Shown here piece after piece: positions 30,665 through 41,118 of a stretch of DNA of 64,000 bases. Positions within the stretch are counted from its first letter, which is position 1. Each line of letters opens with the position of its first letter. The position numbers were made by a program, and so were the translations under genes. Source of the stretch: Bdellovibrionota bacterium (GTDB lineage Bacteria > Bdellovibrionota_C > UBA2361 > JBGSMV01); assembly GCA_044356455.1 (NCBI GenBank), contig JBIKWF010000001.1, positions 32,001 to 96,000 of the forward strand, written 5' to 3'. The notes under the pieces were generated by a model. The model saw only the letters and a list, made by a program, of their open reading frames with translations. It did not search any database and was not told the origin of the DNA.

Positions 30665-32413
30665 TTATTGCAGTTTGGCAAGCCCCCGAATGTGCCCTGA
30701 ACGCACCAACTCGCTCAGTGCGATAAGCTGAGAGCTTAACTCGCGGTCCCGTGTGAGCCGCGGAAAAACCTTTAGTATTTCCTTTATGATGCGCTCGCTT
30801 ATGGGACTGAGTTTTCTCTCTTGGGGCCTCCAGGAGCGAAGCAGTTGGATAGAGATTTCTGCCTCATAGCTCTGTGAGGAACTCTGAGCGTTAACGGTGG
30901 CTTCAATTGCCCTTTTGAGTTCTTGTGAGTTTGTTTCGACGCTCCTCGCCACATTTCTCTTAAGTGTGAGTTTAGTGGGGACCCGGGGAGATGCCTTCCT
31001 GATTTCTGCGGCTTGGGCCGCAAAGGCAAGTTCGATTGCAAGTGCTTCGGCCAATCGTGGAAGAGAGTCCCACACTCGCAGTCCAAGGGTTGCCGACATA
31101 CTGACATGGTCCTCTTGTCCGGCATCGGTGGAGAGCGAGAAGAGGTGACTCGGCATGGCAGCGCCCCAAAGTGCATTGGTGAGCGCTGCTGAAGTGTATT
31201 CAGCTATCATCATACCCGAAGAGGTTGAGCGCTCCTGAGGGGAGAGGCCTGGCCAAATGAGATCGCTTCCTAGTCCTTTGTTCCGCTTTTCGTCTACATA
31301 TCTCACGCAGCGCATGTTTGATAAGCGCGCAATAATTCCCATTGACTGAAGGTGGTTGTAAAGCGCCACTGCGATGGGCATGCCATGAAAGTGTCCGCCT
31401 GATACTATTTTAGTGAACTGTCCGTTACCTGCGCGGCTCTCTAGCAAGAGAGGATTATCAGTTGCGCTATTTATTTCAATGGAAATTGAGCGCCTCGAAA
31501 AGTCGCACAGCTCATAGCAACTGCCAAGAACCTGAGGGGCGCAGCGAAGATTGTAAGGGTCCTGTACCTCCCCGTCCGTCGCATAATGACGATGGCTCTG
31601 CCGGATAGGTGAGGCGCGCATAAGTTTCGTGAGCCAGGCGGCAACTTTCTGAGCACCTGGGTGAGGTCGTAGTGCGTGGAAGCGCGCATCGTAGGGCTCG
31701 TCACTTCCAAGCATCACCTGAGCTGAGAGCGCCGTTGCGATCGCCGCAGTTTCAAGGAGTGACTCCATCTCGGCTTGGCAAAGCGCTGCAAGCGCGGTTG
31801 ATACTTGAATTCCATTAGTGAGGGCGAGGCCTTCCTTCGCTTCAAGTTTAAGCGGCGCAACCTTGAGGCGCTTAAATGCGGTCTTTGTGGGAACGGGACG
31901 CGGATTCTTGCCCACGAGGACTTGCCCTTCTCCAATAAGGGTAAGAGCAATCGCAGCGAGAGGCGCCAAATCCCCGCTTGCTCCTACGGAACCGTATCGC
32001 GGAACCACAGGGGTGAGATCTTTGTTGAGGAAGGTAACGAGCGCCTCTACTACTTCTGGTCGCACCGCGCTCGCTCCAAGAGAGAGCGAATGCGCGCGCA
32101 AAAACATAGCCGCGCGAACGACACTCTTGGGCAGCGCTTCACCGACACCGCTCGCATGGGAGCGGACCAAGTTAACCTGGAGCGCAGCAAGCTCGGCTTC
32201 AGCAACAGGAATGTCTACGTTATGTCCAAAGCCGCGGTTAAAACCGTAGGCGGGCTCTGAAGTGGCCTTAAGATGGTTCATCACCTGTGCACGTCGCTTC
32301 AATAGAACAGGGCGCGTGCGGGAGCTAGGGACTACCTTAGCTCCGTGGGCCGCAGCTACTACGTCCTTGATGCTAATCTTACGGCCAAAGCCGATGACAA
32401 TTTTGGCTGGCAT
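30665..32413 (-). CDS. hutH: Histidine ammonia-lyase (MIO-dependent), atypical and long
   Basis: GASGDLAPL (ASG MIO triad), RSHA, KEGLAL, QDPYNLRC, DNP, QEDHVSM; near hutUIG. Confidence 0.85.
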   Translation of the reverse strand: MPAKIVIGFGRKISIKDVVAAAHGAKVVPSSRTRPVLLKRRAQVMNHLKATSEPAYGFNRGFGHNVDIPVAEAELAALQVNLVRSHASGVGEALPKSVVRAAMFLRAHSLSLGASAVRPEVVEALVTFLNKDLTPVVPRYGSVGASGDLAPLAAIALTLIGEGQVLVGKNPRPVPTKTAFKRLKVAPLKLEAKEGLALTNGIQVSTALAALCQAEMESLLETAAIATALSAQVMLGSDEPYDARFHALRPHPGAQKVAAWLTKLMRASPIRQSHRHYATDGEVQDPYNLRCAPQVLGSCYELCDFSRRSISIEINSATDNPLLLESRAGNGQFTKIVSGGHFHGMPIAVALYNHLQSMGIIARLSNMRCVRYVDEKRNKGLGSDLIWPGLSPQERSTSSGMMIAEYTSAALTNALWGAAMPSHLFSLSTDAGQEDHVSMSATLGLRVWDSLPRLAEALAIELAFAAQAAEIRKASPRVPTKLTLKRNVARSVETNSQELKRAIEATVNAQSSSQSYEAEISIQLLRSWRPQERKLSPISERIIKEILKVFPRLTRDRELSSQLIALSELVRSGHIRGLAKLQ

Positions 32414-32422
32414 ATTGAATAG

Positions 32423-34330
32423 TTACTCATCAACAAAAAGACCGAATTGCTCTGACTCGCCCAAGTCCTCGGTGTTCGGCCGTGCAACTCGCAAGACCGA
32501 ATTATTCGAACTTTGAGAAGAGTACGCGTCGCTCTTATGACCAAGGTCGAAAAGTGCACCGAACGAAAAAACCCTGCTAATCTGGTAATGATATGAGTTC
32601 TTGCCCGCGGCGCCTTGGGCTCCGCCTACCACATGAGTGCTAGCTGCGTTGTAATGGTCATTGCCGCTGAGGTCTAGCAATATCCCAAGCGACTGTTGAG
32701 CAGCAGCTCCTTGACATAGCTCCTCACAGCGATAGCTATCGTCCCCACCCTTATCAATTAAAAATGCCACAGACTCATCCCATGGGCCAGCCTGCGATGA
32801 TGAAGTCATTCCCCAATAAGCATCATTCCCTTCTTCATCGACAAGTATAGAAAGAGCTCGGTGGGCGCCGGCCGATTGCCCAAACCGGTTGGCGTAATAT
32901 AGGTCGCTTCCGGAGTAGTCATGTAAAATGCCAAGACCCCAATAATATGCGCTTGCCTGAGTGAACTCTCCTCCTTCGTAGCGATCGTTCCCCGCAAAAT
33001 CATACATTCCGCCGATCCCTCCGGGAGCAAACTTTCGTATACCGAACCCGAACCCCTGGGACATGCCACTATAGACCCAATGATCGCCATACACGGATGG
33101 GTAATCTCTGCCGTTTGCGCGGTAGAGGTCTTGACCTTCGACATCAATCACTACGCCAAAACCTGAAGGGCCGCCTGCCCCTTGAGAGAATCGCTGCGCG
33201 ATGTATTGGTCATTGCCGGCCTGGTCGAGCAGAATCCCGGCCCCATACAAGGCCGAACCTTGCGCCCATCCCGCATATGAACCCGAATTCTCGTATCGGT
33301 CGTCTCCGGCTCTATCAATAACCATTCCGACGCCGAAGAGACCGGCCGCCATAGAAAATGGCTGCGTGGAGCTATAACGGTCGTTCCCCGACCTATCATC
33401 CACTAAGGAAAATCCGAACTGAGCGGCACCTGGGCCGCAGAAGGCGCTCTCACCCACGTAGTGGTCTTCTCCGGCGAGATCGAAAACTAAGTGGTTAGGG
33501 CATGGAGCTCCTGCGGGCGCAGAAAATCGGTAGGTATCATTTCCTCCAATATCAAGGACGGAGCTAATTCTGGACATGTCGTAGGAATTGTCGCCCGCCC
33601 CTCCGGCAACCGAAAACGTGCCGTCCGCTTGTGCATTGAAAAATAGGATCTCCCCAGTGACAGCATTCGCAAGGTCTTGGGGAAGTGTGGACATGAGCAG
33701 TGGCTCATTCTTAGCGTGACCAACAAGGAGCTGCCGCCGCTCTTTTATGTGCGTTTCTGCATTTAGGATATTCGTATTAATTTTTCGGCTTAAATCAGGA
33801 GCCGCGACTATAAAGGCAAGGTGCTTCACCAAATTTTCATCAGGTGGCGCGATGTTCCATAACAAGTCTTTCGCCAAAGACTGTGCAAATTCGAGTTCAT
33901 TTTGAGAGGCCATGTATTTCGGAGGGCCGTCTTTATCTCGAGCTTCTATTGGAATATGAAGTGCGAAGCCAATAAGTGCGAATAGTTTTGAAAGCTCTCC
34001 TGATTTGGCTTCTGACACCCTTTCAGCCAAGGCGCCCTCGGAGCGATTTAGGTTTAGTGGCTCAGTGAATCCACTTTCGATGGTAGGAAGAAGCTGAACA
34101 TCCTTGAAACTCTCAGGCACCCTCGCAAGGTGCGCTAGTATCTCAGCAAGTCCGCCTTTAGCGTCTCTGATGCCCGCGCTTTTTGCTTTCGCCAGAACCA
34201 GAGATTTCAATTCCTCACCTCTGGGGGGGCGCGAAGGATTCTGAGCAAAGGCGTGGAGCTCCCCGAAAAAAACGGCAACAATAGCGAAGATGGCAAGAGC
34301 GTCCCTGAGAAAACAACTGTGTGTCATCAT
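32423..34330 (-). CDS. Secreted protein with about 11-12 D-x-x-G-x-D-x-Y repeats
   Basis: Signal peptide (AFA-Q); repeats DIGGNDTY, DRSGNDRY, DQAGNDQY, DFAGNDRY and others. Confidence 0.8.
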   Translation of the reverse strand: MMTHSCFLRDALAIFAIVAVFFGELHAFAQNPSRPPRGEELKSLVLAKAKSAGIRDAKGGLAEILAHLARVPESFKDVQLLPTIESGFTEPLNLNRSEGALAERVSEAKSGELSKLFALIGFALHIPIEARDKDGPPKYMASQNELEFAQSLAKDLLWNIAPPDENLVKHLAFIVAAPDLSRKINTNILNAETHIKERRQLLVGHAKNEPLLMSTLPQDLANAVTGEILFFNAQADGTFSVAGGAGDNSYDMSRISSVLDIGGNDTYRFSAPAGAPCPNHLVFDLAGEDHYVGESAFCGPGAAQFGFSLVDDRSGNDRYSSTQPFSMAAGLFGVGMVIDRAGDDRYENSGSYAGWAQGSALYGAGILLDQAGNDQYIAQRFSQGAGGPSGFGVVIDVEGQDLYRANGRDYPSVYGDHWVYSGMSQGFGFGIRKFAPGGIGGMYDFAGNDRYEGGEFTQASAYYWGLGILHDYSGSDLYYANRFGQSAGAHRALSILVDEEGNDAYWGMTSSSQAGPWDESVAFLIDKGGDDSYRCEELCQGAAAQQSLGILLDLSGNDHYNAASTHVVGGAQGAAGKNSYHYQISRVFSFGALFDLGHKSDAYSSQSSNNSVLRVARPNTEDLGESEQFGLFVDE

Positions 34331-34461
34331 GCCTAAAACGCTAGTCGCAATCTGTTCGAGAGAAAAGCCTCAAAAAAGGCCAGACGCACTGCCTTTTCCA
34401 CATGCCGAATTCTAAAACTGTTGATAGGCTGGTACTGGAACAAATTCTTGGGTTTTGTTTT

Positions 34462-36135
34462 ATGCCACATGACGCTATTCGGGCCCCACGCGGCAGTGTC
34501 CTTTCCTGTAAGGGCTGGCACCAGGAAGCCGCCTTGCGCATGCTGATGAACAACCTTGATCCTGAGGTGGCAGAGCGCCCGCAGGACTTGGTGGTCTACG
34601 GTGGTTCCGGGAAGGCAGCCAGGAACTGGGATTGTTTTCATGTTATCTGTCAGACTCTGCGGCGCCTTGAGAATGACGAAACTCTTCTTATTCAGAGCGG
34701 AAAGCCGGTCGGAGTTTTTAAGACGCACGAGGAATCTCCTCGGGTTCTTATCGCGAACTCGAACCTCGTTCCGCGCTGGGCGACCTGGGAAGAGTTCAGA
34801 CGCCTTGAAGCATTAGGTCTCACCATGTACGGCCAAATGACGGCCGGCTCATGGATTTATATTGGATCTCAGGGAATTCTGCAGGGCACTTATGAGACCT
34901 TTGCAGAGTGTGCTCGCCAGCATTTTGGTGGATCTCTGGCGGGCCGACTCGTCTTTACCGGGGGGCTAGGGGGCATGGGGGGCGCGCAGCCCCTTGCAGC
35001 GACGCTCAACGGCGCAGCCTTCTTAGGCGTTGATGTTGATGCCTCGCGCATAGAGCGGCGCGTGGCGAGTGGTTATTGCGATCGCTTGGTGACCACGCTT
35101 GATGAGGCCCTTACTCTGGTGCTGAGCGCGAAAAAAGAAAAACGCGCCTTTTCCGTCGGGCTTGTTGGAAACGTTGCAGATGTTGCAGAGGAGCTCGTAC
35201 GCCGATCGATTGTTCCCGAGGTGGTAACCGACCAAACTTCGGCCCACGACTTGCGGCTTGGATATATTCCGTCGGGTTACTCACTCGCCGCAGCGGCTGA
35301 GTTTCGCAGCCGCGACGCAGCTGCGTACGAAAATGCGGTTTTGGATACCATGGAGAGGCACGTCCGGGCTCTTCTTGGCCTGAAGAAGCTAGGCGCGGTG
35401 GCCTTCGACTACGGAAATAATTTAAGGGGCCAAGTTGCCGACAAGCGGGGACTACAAGAGGCCTTTACTATCCCCGGCTTTGTGCCGGAGTACATTCGTC
35501 CTCTTTTTTGCCGTGGTTCTGGGCCCTTTCGCTGGGCAGCGCTTTCGGGGGATGCCGCGGATATTGCAGTCACGGACGCTGCCGTAAAAGAGACCTTTCC
35601 AAAGAATAAAAGTCTTGGGTTGTGGATTGATAAGGCGAGGGAGAAGGTGCAGTTCCAGGGGCTGCCCGCCCGTATCTGCTGGCTTGAATATGGTGAGCGA
35701 GCGGAGATGGGGCTCAAGTTCAATTGGCTTGTGAAGAAGGGCAAGGTAAAAGCCCCTATTGTTATTGGGCGTGACCATCTGGATACGGGATCGGTGGCAT
35801 CGCCAAATCGTGAAACGGAAGCGATGAAGGACGGATCGGATGCGATTGCAGACTGGCCACTTCTTAACGCGCTGCTTACCACCGCAGCAGGTGCAAGCTG
35901 GGTTTCTCTGCATCATGGAGGGGGAGTGGGAATAGGGTACTCCATGCATTCGGGAATGGTGGTGGTGGCCGAGGGCAGTGATGCAGCCGACCGGCGCTTG
36001 GCGCGGGTTCTTGCGGCTGATCCGGGTTCTGGAGTGATGCGGCATGCCGATGCGGGATATGAAACTGCGATAGCGACCGCCAGGGAGCGTTCAATTGATC
36101 TCCCCATGGTGCAGCGAGAGAGTAAAAAGCTATAG
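34462..36135 (+). CDS. hutU: Urocanate hydratase
   Basis: [42 protein letters not shown]. Confidence 0.98.
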   Translation: MPHDAIRAPRGSVLSCKGWHQEAALRMLMNNLDPEVAERPQDLVVYGGSGKAARNWDCFHVICQTLRRLENDETLLIQSGKPVGVFKTHEESPRVLIANSNLVPRWATWEEFRRLEALGLTMYGQMTAGSWIYIGSQGILQGTYETFAECARQHFGGSLAGRLVFTGGLGGMGGAQPLAATLNGAAFLGVDVDASRIERRVASGYCDRLVTTLDEALTLVLSAKKEKRAFSVGLVGNVADVAEELVRRSIVPEVVTDQTSAHDLRLGYIPSGYSLAAAAEFRSRDAAAYENAVLDTMERHVRALLGLKKLGAVAFDYGNNLRGQVADKRGLQEAFTIPGFVPEYIRPLFCRGSGPFRWAALSGDAADIAVTDAAVKETFPKNKSLGLWIDKAREKVQFQGLPARICWLEYGERAEMGLKFNWLVKKGKVKAPIVIGRDHLDTGSVASPNRETEAMKDGSDAIADWPLLNALLTTAAGASWVSLHHGGGVGIGYSMHSGMVVVAEGSDAADRRLARVLAADPGSGVMRHADAGYETAIATARERSIDLPMVQRESKKL

Positions 36136-36216
36136 GCGTTCTTCGATTTGGCCCTTACCGTTTAGCTTGGTCCTCACAGTTTAGCTTTGCCCTCACGGGG
36201 GCTAAGGGATACACGT

Positions 36217-37443
36217 ATGGCAGTTCTTAGAAATATTGGGGTGCTTGCTACGGGGGCTACAGGAGGCGCTCAAAGTGAGCTTAGAGTTGTTCCGCACGCG
36301 GCTGTGGCGTGGGAAGGCGGACGTATTACGTGGGCCGGGCCTGAGCAGCATCTCCCCCGGGAATGTGCGCAGGGCGAAAGCTTTAATGCGAAAGGTGCTT
36401 TGGTTGTTCCGGGACTGGTGGACTGTCATACGCACTTGGCTTTTGCGGGTTGGCGAGCTGATGAGTTTGAACTTAAGGTTCGCGGCGCTTCGTATGCAGA
36501 AATCGCGAAGAAAGGCGGCGGCATTCTCTCTACAGTATCCAAGACGCGCGCGGTTCCTGCTCCCGAACTTGCTGAGCACTGTCGGCGCTATTTGCGTAAA
36601 AGTAGCGAGCTCGGAGTAACTACTCTCGAAGCAAAGAGTGGGTATGGGCTTAGCGCCGAGAGCGAACTTAAGATACTCGAAGTATACTCTGAGGTCGCGT
36701 CAGATTCGCTCCCTGCCGTTATTCCCACGGTGCTTGCGGCTCATGCCGTTCCGCTTGAGTTCCAAGGTCGTGCCGACGACTATGTGGCGCTGATAGCGAA
36801 TGAGTTAATTCCCGAGGTAGCAAAGCGCGGGCTTGCCAAGTTTTTAGACATCTTTGTTGAAGAGATTGCCTTTTCTAAGAATCAGGCACGTATTCTTGCA
36901 GAGGCGGGCAAACGTTCAGGGCTTTCGCTGAAGTTGCATGTTGACCAGCTCGGTGATGGCGGCGGGGCAGCGTTAGCGGCAGAGCTTGGAGCCGTTTCGG
37001 CCGATCACCTCGAGCACGCATCTCTTGAGGGGCTTCGCCTAATGAAGCAGCGTGGCGTCGTGGGCGTTCTTTTGCCCTTTGCCTGTCTCTATGCGAAGCA
37101 GCCGCCCCTTAAGGCGCGCCAGCTTCTTGATGAGGGCCATTTTTTCGCGGTGGCAACTGATTTTAATCCAGGTTCGGCTCCCTCATATCATCTCCCTCTC
37201 GCGCTAACTCTCGCTTGTACCATGTCTCAATTTACTCCAGCCGAAGCACTTAACGCCGGAACCTTAATCGCAGCAAGAGCGCTTGGACTTGAAGGAGAGG
37301 TAGGGTCTCTTGAGGTAGGAAAGCGGGCGGATATGGCTCTTATAGATGCGCCTTCCGTAAATGAGTGGCTTTATCAGATGCAGCCTAATGCGTGTGTGGG
37401 GACGATTCGCGGAGGAAATCTGATTTCGGGTAGTCTATTTTAG
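36217..37443 (+). CDS. hutI: Imidazolonepropionase
   Basis: PGLVDCHTH, GGGILSTV, EAKSGYGL, SADHLE, ATDFNPG. Confidence 0.96.
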   Translation: MAVLRNIGVLATGATGGAQSELRVVPHAAVAWEGGRITWAGPEQHLPRECAQGESFNAKGALVVPGLVDCHTHLAFAGWRADEFELKVRGASYAEIAKKGGGILSTVSKTRAVPAPELAEHCRRYLRKSSELGVTTLEAKSGYGLSAESELKILEVYSEVASDSLPAVIPTVLAAHAVPLEFQGRADDYVALIANELIPEVAKRGLAKFLDIFVEEIAFSKNQARILAEAGKRSGLSLKLHVDQLGDGGGAALAAELGAVSADHLEHASLEGLRLMKQRGVVGVLLPFACLYAKQPPLKARQLLDEGHFFAVATDFNPGSAPSYHLPLALTLACTMSQFTPAEALNAGTLIAARALGLEGEVGSLEVGKRADMALIDAPSVNEWLYQMQPNACVGTIRGGNLISGSLF

Positions 37444-37573
37444 GGAAGCTCTGAAAAACTCACCTCTGTGTACCTCTGAGTCCTCTGTGGTGAAATTTTC
37501 ATGAAGAAATTCACCACAGAGGACACGGAGGTACACAGAGGTGTCTTAAGAATGAAGGTTTTTCAGAGGTTCC
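37444..37573. mobile_element. MITE-like palindromic element, family 1 (inverted relative to the 15568 copy)
   Basis: TTAG|GGAAGCTCTGAAAAAC ... GTTTTTCAGAGGTTCC|TTAG. Confidence 0.9.
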
Positions 37574-37704
37574 TTAGGAATCCCTTGGATTACCTCATGG
37601 CATGAGAAGCTGATCCCTTCCTTAGTGTTCTTCGTGGTTGTTTTCCTAAACCGCTAAGAACACGAAGGGAGACTTTTTAGGGGGGCTATGTCTTGGAGCA
37701 AAAA

Positions 37705-38637
37705 ATGAAGTTTAACGTTAGTTCTTCTCTCTCTGATCCTAGGCTAGGGGCCCTGCTTTTAGGACAGGCGCCCGTTAAAGCAGCGCTTCTTGGCTTCCCC
37801 TATGATGAAGGCGTGCGCATCAACGGCGGGCGTATGGGGGCACGCCTTGCGCCGCGTGAAATTCGGCGGGCCTTGCATCGTCTTACTCCAGACTTCGAGA
37901 CGGGAGAGGCGTTTCTGGCTTGCCTGGCCTCGACGGAGGACCTTGGAGATCTGGCCTGCATCAATGACATCGTGCAGGATCAGCAGGCGCTCGCCGCAAG
38001 GGTTTCTGAGTGCCTTGAGAAGAACATTCTCCCGATAGTACTAGGAGGTGGGCACGAAACCTCCTATGGGCATTTTCTTGGCTACGCTCAATCGAAGCGC
38101 CACGTCTCTATTCTTAACTTTGACGCCCATCCTGACGTGAGGGAACGCCGGGAGGGGCTGCCTCATTCGGGGAGTTCCTTTCGTGATGCACTCCTTCATG
38201 AATCTGGGTGTTGCCGGTCTTATGCGGTAATGGGATTGCAGCCCCAGTCTTGTGCGGCTCAGCATCTCGCGTGGCTAGATGCAAAGGGTCAGAAGCGCGT
38301 CTGGGCAAAGGAGCTTACGGAATCTGTGGTTTCTCAAGCGTTCTCTCAGCTTTCCGGTCCAACTCTGGTGAGCATCGACATGGATGTGGTGGATCAAGCT
38401 TTTGCACCGGGAGTGAGCGCGCCAGCTTCTGGCGGAATCTCCCCCGCACTGCTTTTCCACATCGCGCATGAAGCCGGGAAGAACGCCCACGTCAGCTCAT
38501 TCGACATCGCCGAAGTTAACCCTAGTTTTGACCGGGACGATCAAACCTCGCGCCTCGCGGCGGTTGCTTTGTGGCATTTCTTTCGTGGGGTTGCGTCAAG
38601 GTTATTTGCTAAAGGGAGACCAGAAAGCGCGGAATAA
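37705..38637 (+). CDS. hutG: Formimidoylglutamase (arginase family)
   Basis: DEGVRINGGR, LGGGHE, NFDAHPD, IDMDV, APGVSAP, AEVNP. Confidence 0.93.
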   Translation: MKFNVSSSLSDPRLGALLLGQAPVKAALLGFPYDEGVRINGGRMGARLAPREIRRALHRLTPDFETGEAFLACLASTEDLGDLACINDIVQDQQALAARVSECLEKNILPIVLGGGHETSYGHFLGYAQSKRHVSILNFDAHPDVRERREGLPHSGSSFRDALLHESGCCRSYAVMGLQPQSCAAQHLAWLDAKGQKRVWAKELTESVVSQAFSQLSGPTLVSIDMDVVDQAFAPGVSAPASGGISPALLFHIAHEAGKNAHVSSFDIAEVNPSFDRDDQTSRLAAVALWHFFRGVASRLFAKGRPESAE

Positions 38638-38712
38638 CCTTTGTTCCGCCCCGGCACAGTACCCTCAGAGTAAGCTTTTCTCGGCGGTGTTCGATATGTG
38701 CTATGGTACAGA

Positions 38713-39453
38713 TCACAGACCGCTGCTGATAGGCGATCCTGCGCGTTTCGCCCTACGCTTGACGTCAAAGCGCATTTGCAAGAGTTCTATCATCAGGGCA
38801 AATCCCATCGGCAGATAAATATAGCCTTTGGGAATCTTCGCGCCGAGGCCCTCTGCGAAAAGCGTTACGCCGATCGAGACCAGGAAGGCGAGCGCGAGAA
38901 TCTTCAGCGATGGCCGGGTCTGTACAAAATCGGCAATTGATTTGGAAAACGCAAGGACTGCGACAAACGAGATAAGTACCGACGCGTAGATAACGATAAG
39001 TTGTTCGGTAAGGCCAACCGCAGTGATAACGGCGTCGACCGAAAAAACCACATCGAGGAGGACAATCTGCGCAATGACTCCTCGCGCCGAGGCGCCAGCG
39101 ACTGTGCCGCTCACTTGCTCATCGAGCCCATACCGCTCGACAACATAGTGCATTTCCTTTACCGCCTTATAGAGCAAGAACAAGCCGCCACTTACAAGGA
39201 TTAGCTCTTTACCGGTAAGTCCCCAGAGAAGTGGAGTTTGAAGCTTCTGAATAACGCTAGCGCCCAAGAGGAACAGCAACCGGAAGCCTAGGGCTAAAAA
39301 AAGCCCGAGCTTTCGTGCCTGCTCGCGTTGGTGTTCGGGAAGGCGGGAAATGAGAATGGAAATCAGGAGGATGTTGTCGATCCCAAGTACCAGCTCAAGT
39401 CCAACCAGCAAAAAGAAAGTAGCCCATACGTGGGGGTCAGTAAGAAGTTCCAT
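38713..39453 (-). CDS. TerC-family membrane protein
   Basis: LELVLGIDN, DVVFSVDAVITAVG, KGYIY. Confidence 0.93.
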   Translation of the reverse strand: MELLTDPHVWATFFLLVGLELVLGIDNILLISILISRLPEHQREQARKLGLFLALGFRLLFLLGASVIQKLQTPLLWGLTGKELILVSGGLFLLYKAVKEMHYVVERYGLDEQVSGTVAGASARGVIAQIVLLDVVFSVDAVITAVGLTEQLIVIYASVLISFVAVLAFSKSIADFVQTRPSLKILALAFLVSIGVTLFAEGLGAKIPKGYIYLPMGFALMIELLQMRFDVKRRAKRAGSPISSGL

Positions 39454-39591
39454 GGAGGGAAAATAGAGGAATTAGGCCTCTGGCGCTAGAAGTTTGTTCG
39501 CTCTGATATTCGATTAAACCGATAGATTGGCCCCATAAATCGATTAAACACATGATGTCGTGGCATTTCCATCGTGGGCTCGCTGGAATGG

Positions 39592-41118
39592 TTATTTTCT
39601 CAACGGAAGTCGTAGGCAAGCCTCAGCACCCCCGTGCGGCAGATTCTCTAAGCTTACGCTCCCCGAATGCAGCTCAGCGATGGACCTGACGATGCTGAGC
39701 CCAAGGCCCGAGCTCTTGACGTTCGTTGAGGGACGAGGCAGCGAGAAAAAACGCTCGAAAACTTTCTCTTTGGCATACTCAGGGATGCCGGGGCCTTGAT
39801 CTTGAACCTTGATAACCGCTGAGCTTGCCCCGTGCGGCGTAGGTGAGGACAGGCTGAGCTCCACGTTACCGCCCTGAGGCGAAAACTCTATGGCATTTTT
39901 AATCAGATTTGAGATCGCTTGGCTAAGAAGAAGCTCATCGCCGAGAGTAGTGAGATCTTCACACTGAGAAAGGGTGAGCGTGACTCCCTTACTCTCGGCA
40001 TAGGCTTCCATACCTTCCATCGCACTTCGCATCAGTGCCTGGAGCTTGCACACGTGAGTAAAGGAGGGGCGTTCTCTACGTTCGAGGGAGGCGAGCTGCA
40101 GAAGCCTATCTACCAGGGACTGGAGGCGCCGCACCTCTGAAGTTATGTTCGAAAGAAATTTTTGCCTATTCTTCTCGTCAATGCTGTCCTCCGAGAGCAG
40201 CTCTGCTGCTCCGCGTATGGCAGAAAGCGGGCTTTTGATTTCGTGCGTGAGAGTTTGTACGTAGTGCTCGACATATTGCTTGCCCTCTAGTGCAACTCGC
40301 ATCTCCTCGAAGGCAAGAGCAAGTTCGCGCGCCTCTCGCCCCTCCACGTCGGGCGCGGCAGTGTGCTTCCCGTCTCTTACCCTTCGAGCGTAGTGCGTAA
40401 GCCGCCGCAAAGGGTTGGTTATCCACAATGAAAGTAGAAGTGTAAGAATGCTTAGGCACGCAAGTGCAATGAGGGCGCCTTTCCAAAGTTCGGAGGATAC
40501 CTTGGCGACGAGGCTATTGACGGAGCGAGATGGCTTCCCAACCGTGAGCACACCTCGGAGGACGCCCCCAGAAATAACGGGTGCGCCCACATACAGAACT
40601 GAGGAATCCCCATCGTGTTCGCTATCTCGAGAGGTGCGCGCCCCATATTCTCCGCGGAGCGTTTTGAGCACGTCGTTCCACTGAGAATAGTCCTGGCCGA
40701 CGGCGTCTGGGGCATGCGAGTGGAAAAGTACGATGCCGTGCTCGTCCACAAGGTACACGCGTAGGTCCACCTGATGCTTGAGGGTGTCGTAAATACGCGC
40801 GTTCACTTTGGTAGTGCGGAGGGCGCTTAGCGCGGAGTACCAGGGGCGGGTGGGCAGCTCCTCGGCAAGCAGAGCGTCCCCAGAAAGGGCGCTCGTTTTA
40901 GAGGGGGTCGTGGTATCCGTGATCGAAGGAGTGCCTTTTGCTGACGGAAAGTCGGAGGCGACAATAGAGGCCAAGGCATAAGCGATATCGACGAGGGGCT
41001 CCTCTACCGCTTCTCGGTAGCGCGGCTTTACCTGGTCTACGACCTTCCAGACAAAAGACGTCGTGGTAATGGTGACCGTAATGAGAAAGAGCAATGCAAT
41101 TCGAGTAGCAAGGCTCAT
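39592..41118 (-). CDS. creC: Sensor histidine kinase CreC
   Basis: EEPLVD, DYSQWNDV, GEYGARTS, GKQYVEHYVQTLTHEIKSP, FFSLPRP. Confidence 0.93.
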   Translation of the reverse strand: MSLATRIALLFLITVTITTTSFVWKVVDQVKPRYREAVEEPLVDIAYALASIVASDFPSAKGTPSITDTTTPSKTSALSGDALLAEELPTRPWYSALSALRTTKVNARIYDTLKHQVDLRVYLVDEHGIVLFHSHAPDAVGQDYSQWNDVLKTLRGEYGARTSRDSEHDGDSSVLYVGAPVISGGVLRGVLTVGKPSRSVNSLVAKVSSELWKGALIALACLSILTLLLSLWITNPLRRLTHYARRVRDGKHTAAPDVEGREARELALAFEEMRVALEGKQYVEHYVQTLTHEIKSPLSAIRGAAELLSEDSIDEKNRQKFLSNITSEVRRLQSLVDRLLQLASLERRERPSFTHVCKLQALMRSAMEGMEAYAESKGVTLTLSQCEDLTTLGDELLLSQAISNLIKNAIEFSPQGGNVELSLSSPTPHGASSAVIKVQDQGPGIPEYAKEKVFERFFSLPRPSTNVKSSGLGLSIVRSIAELHSGSVSLENLPHGGAEACLRLPLRK

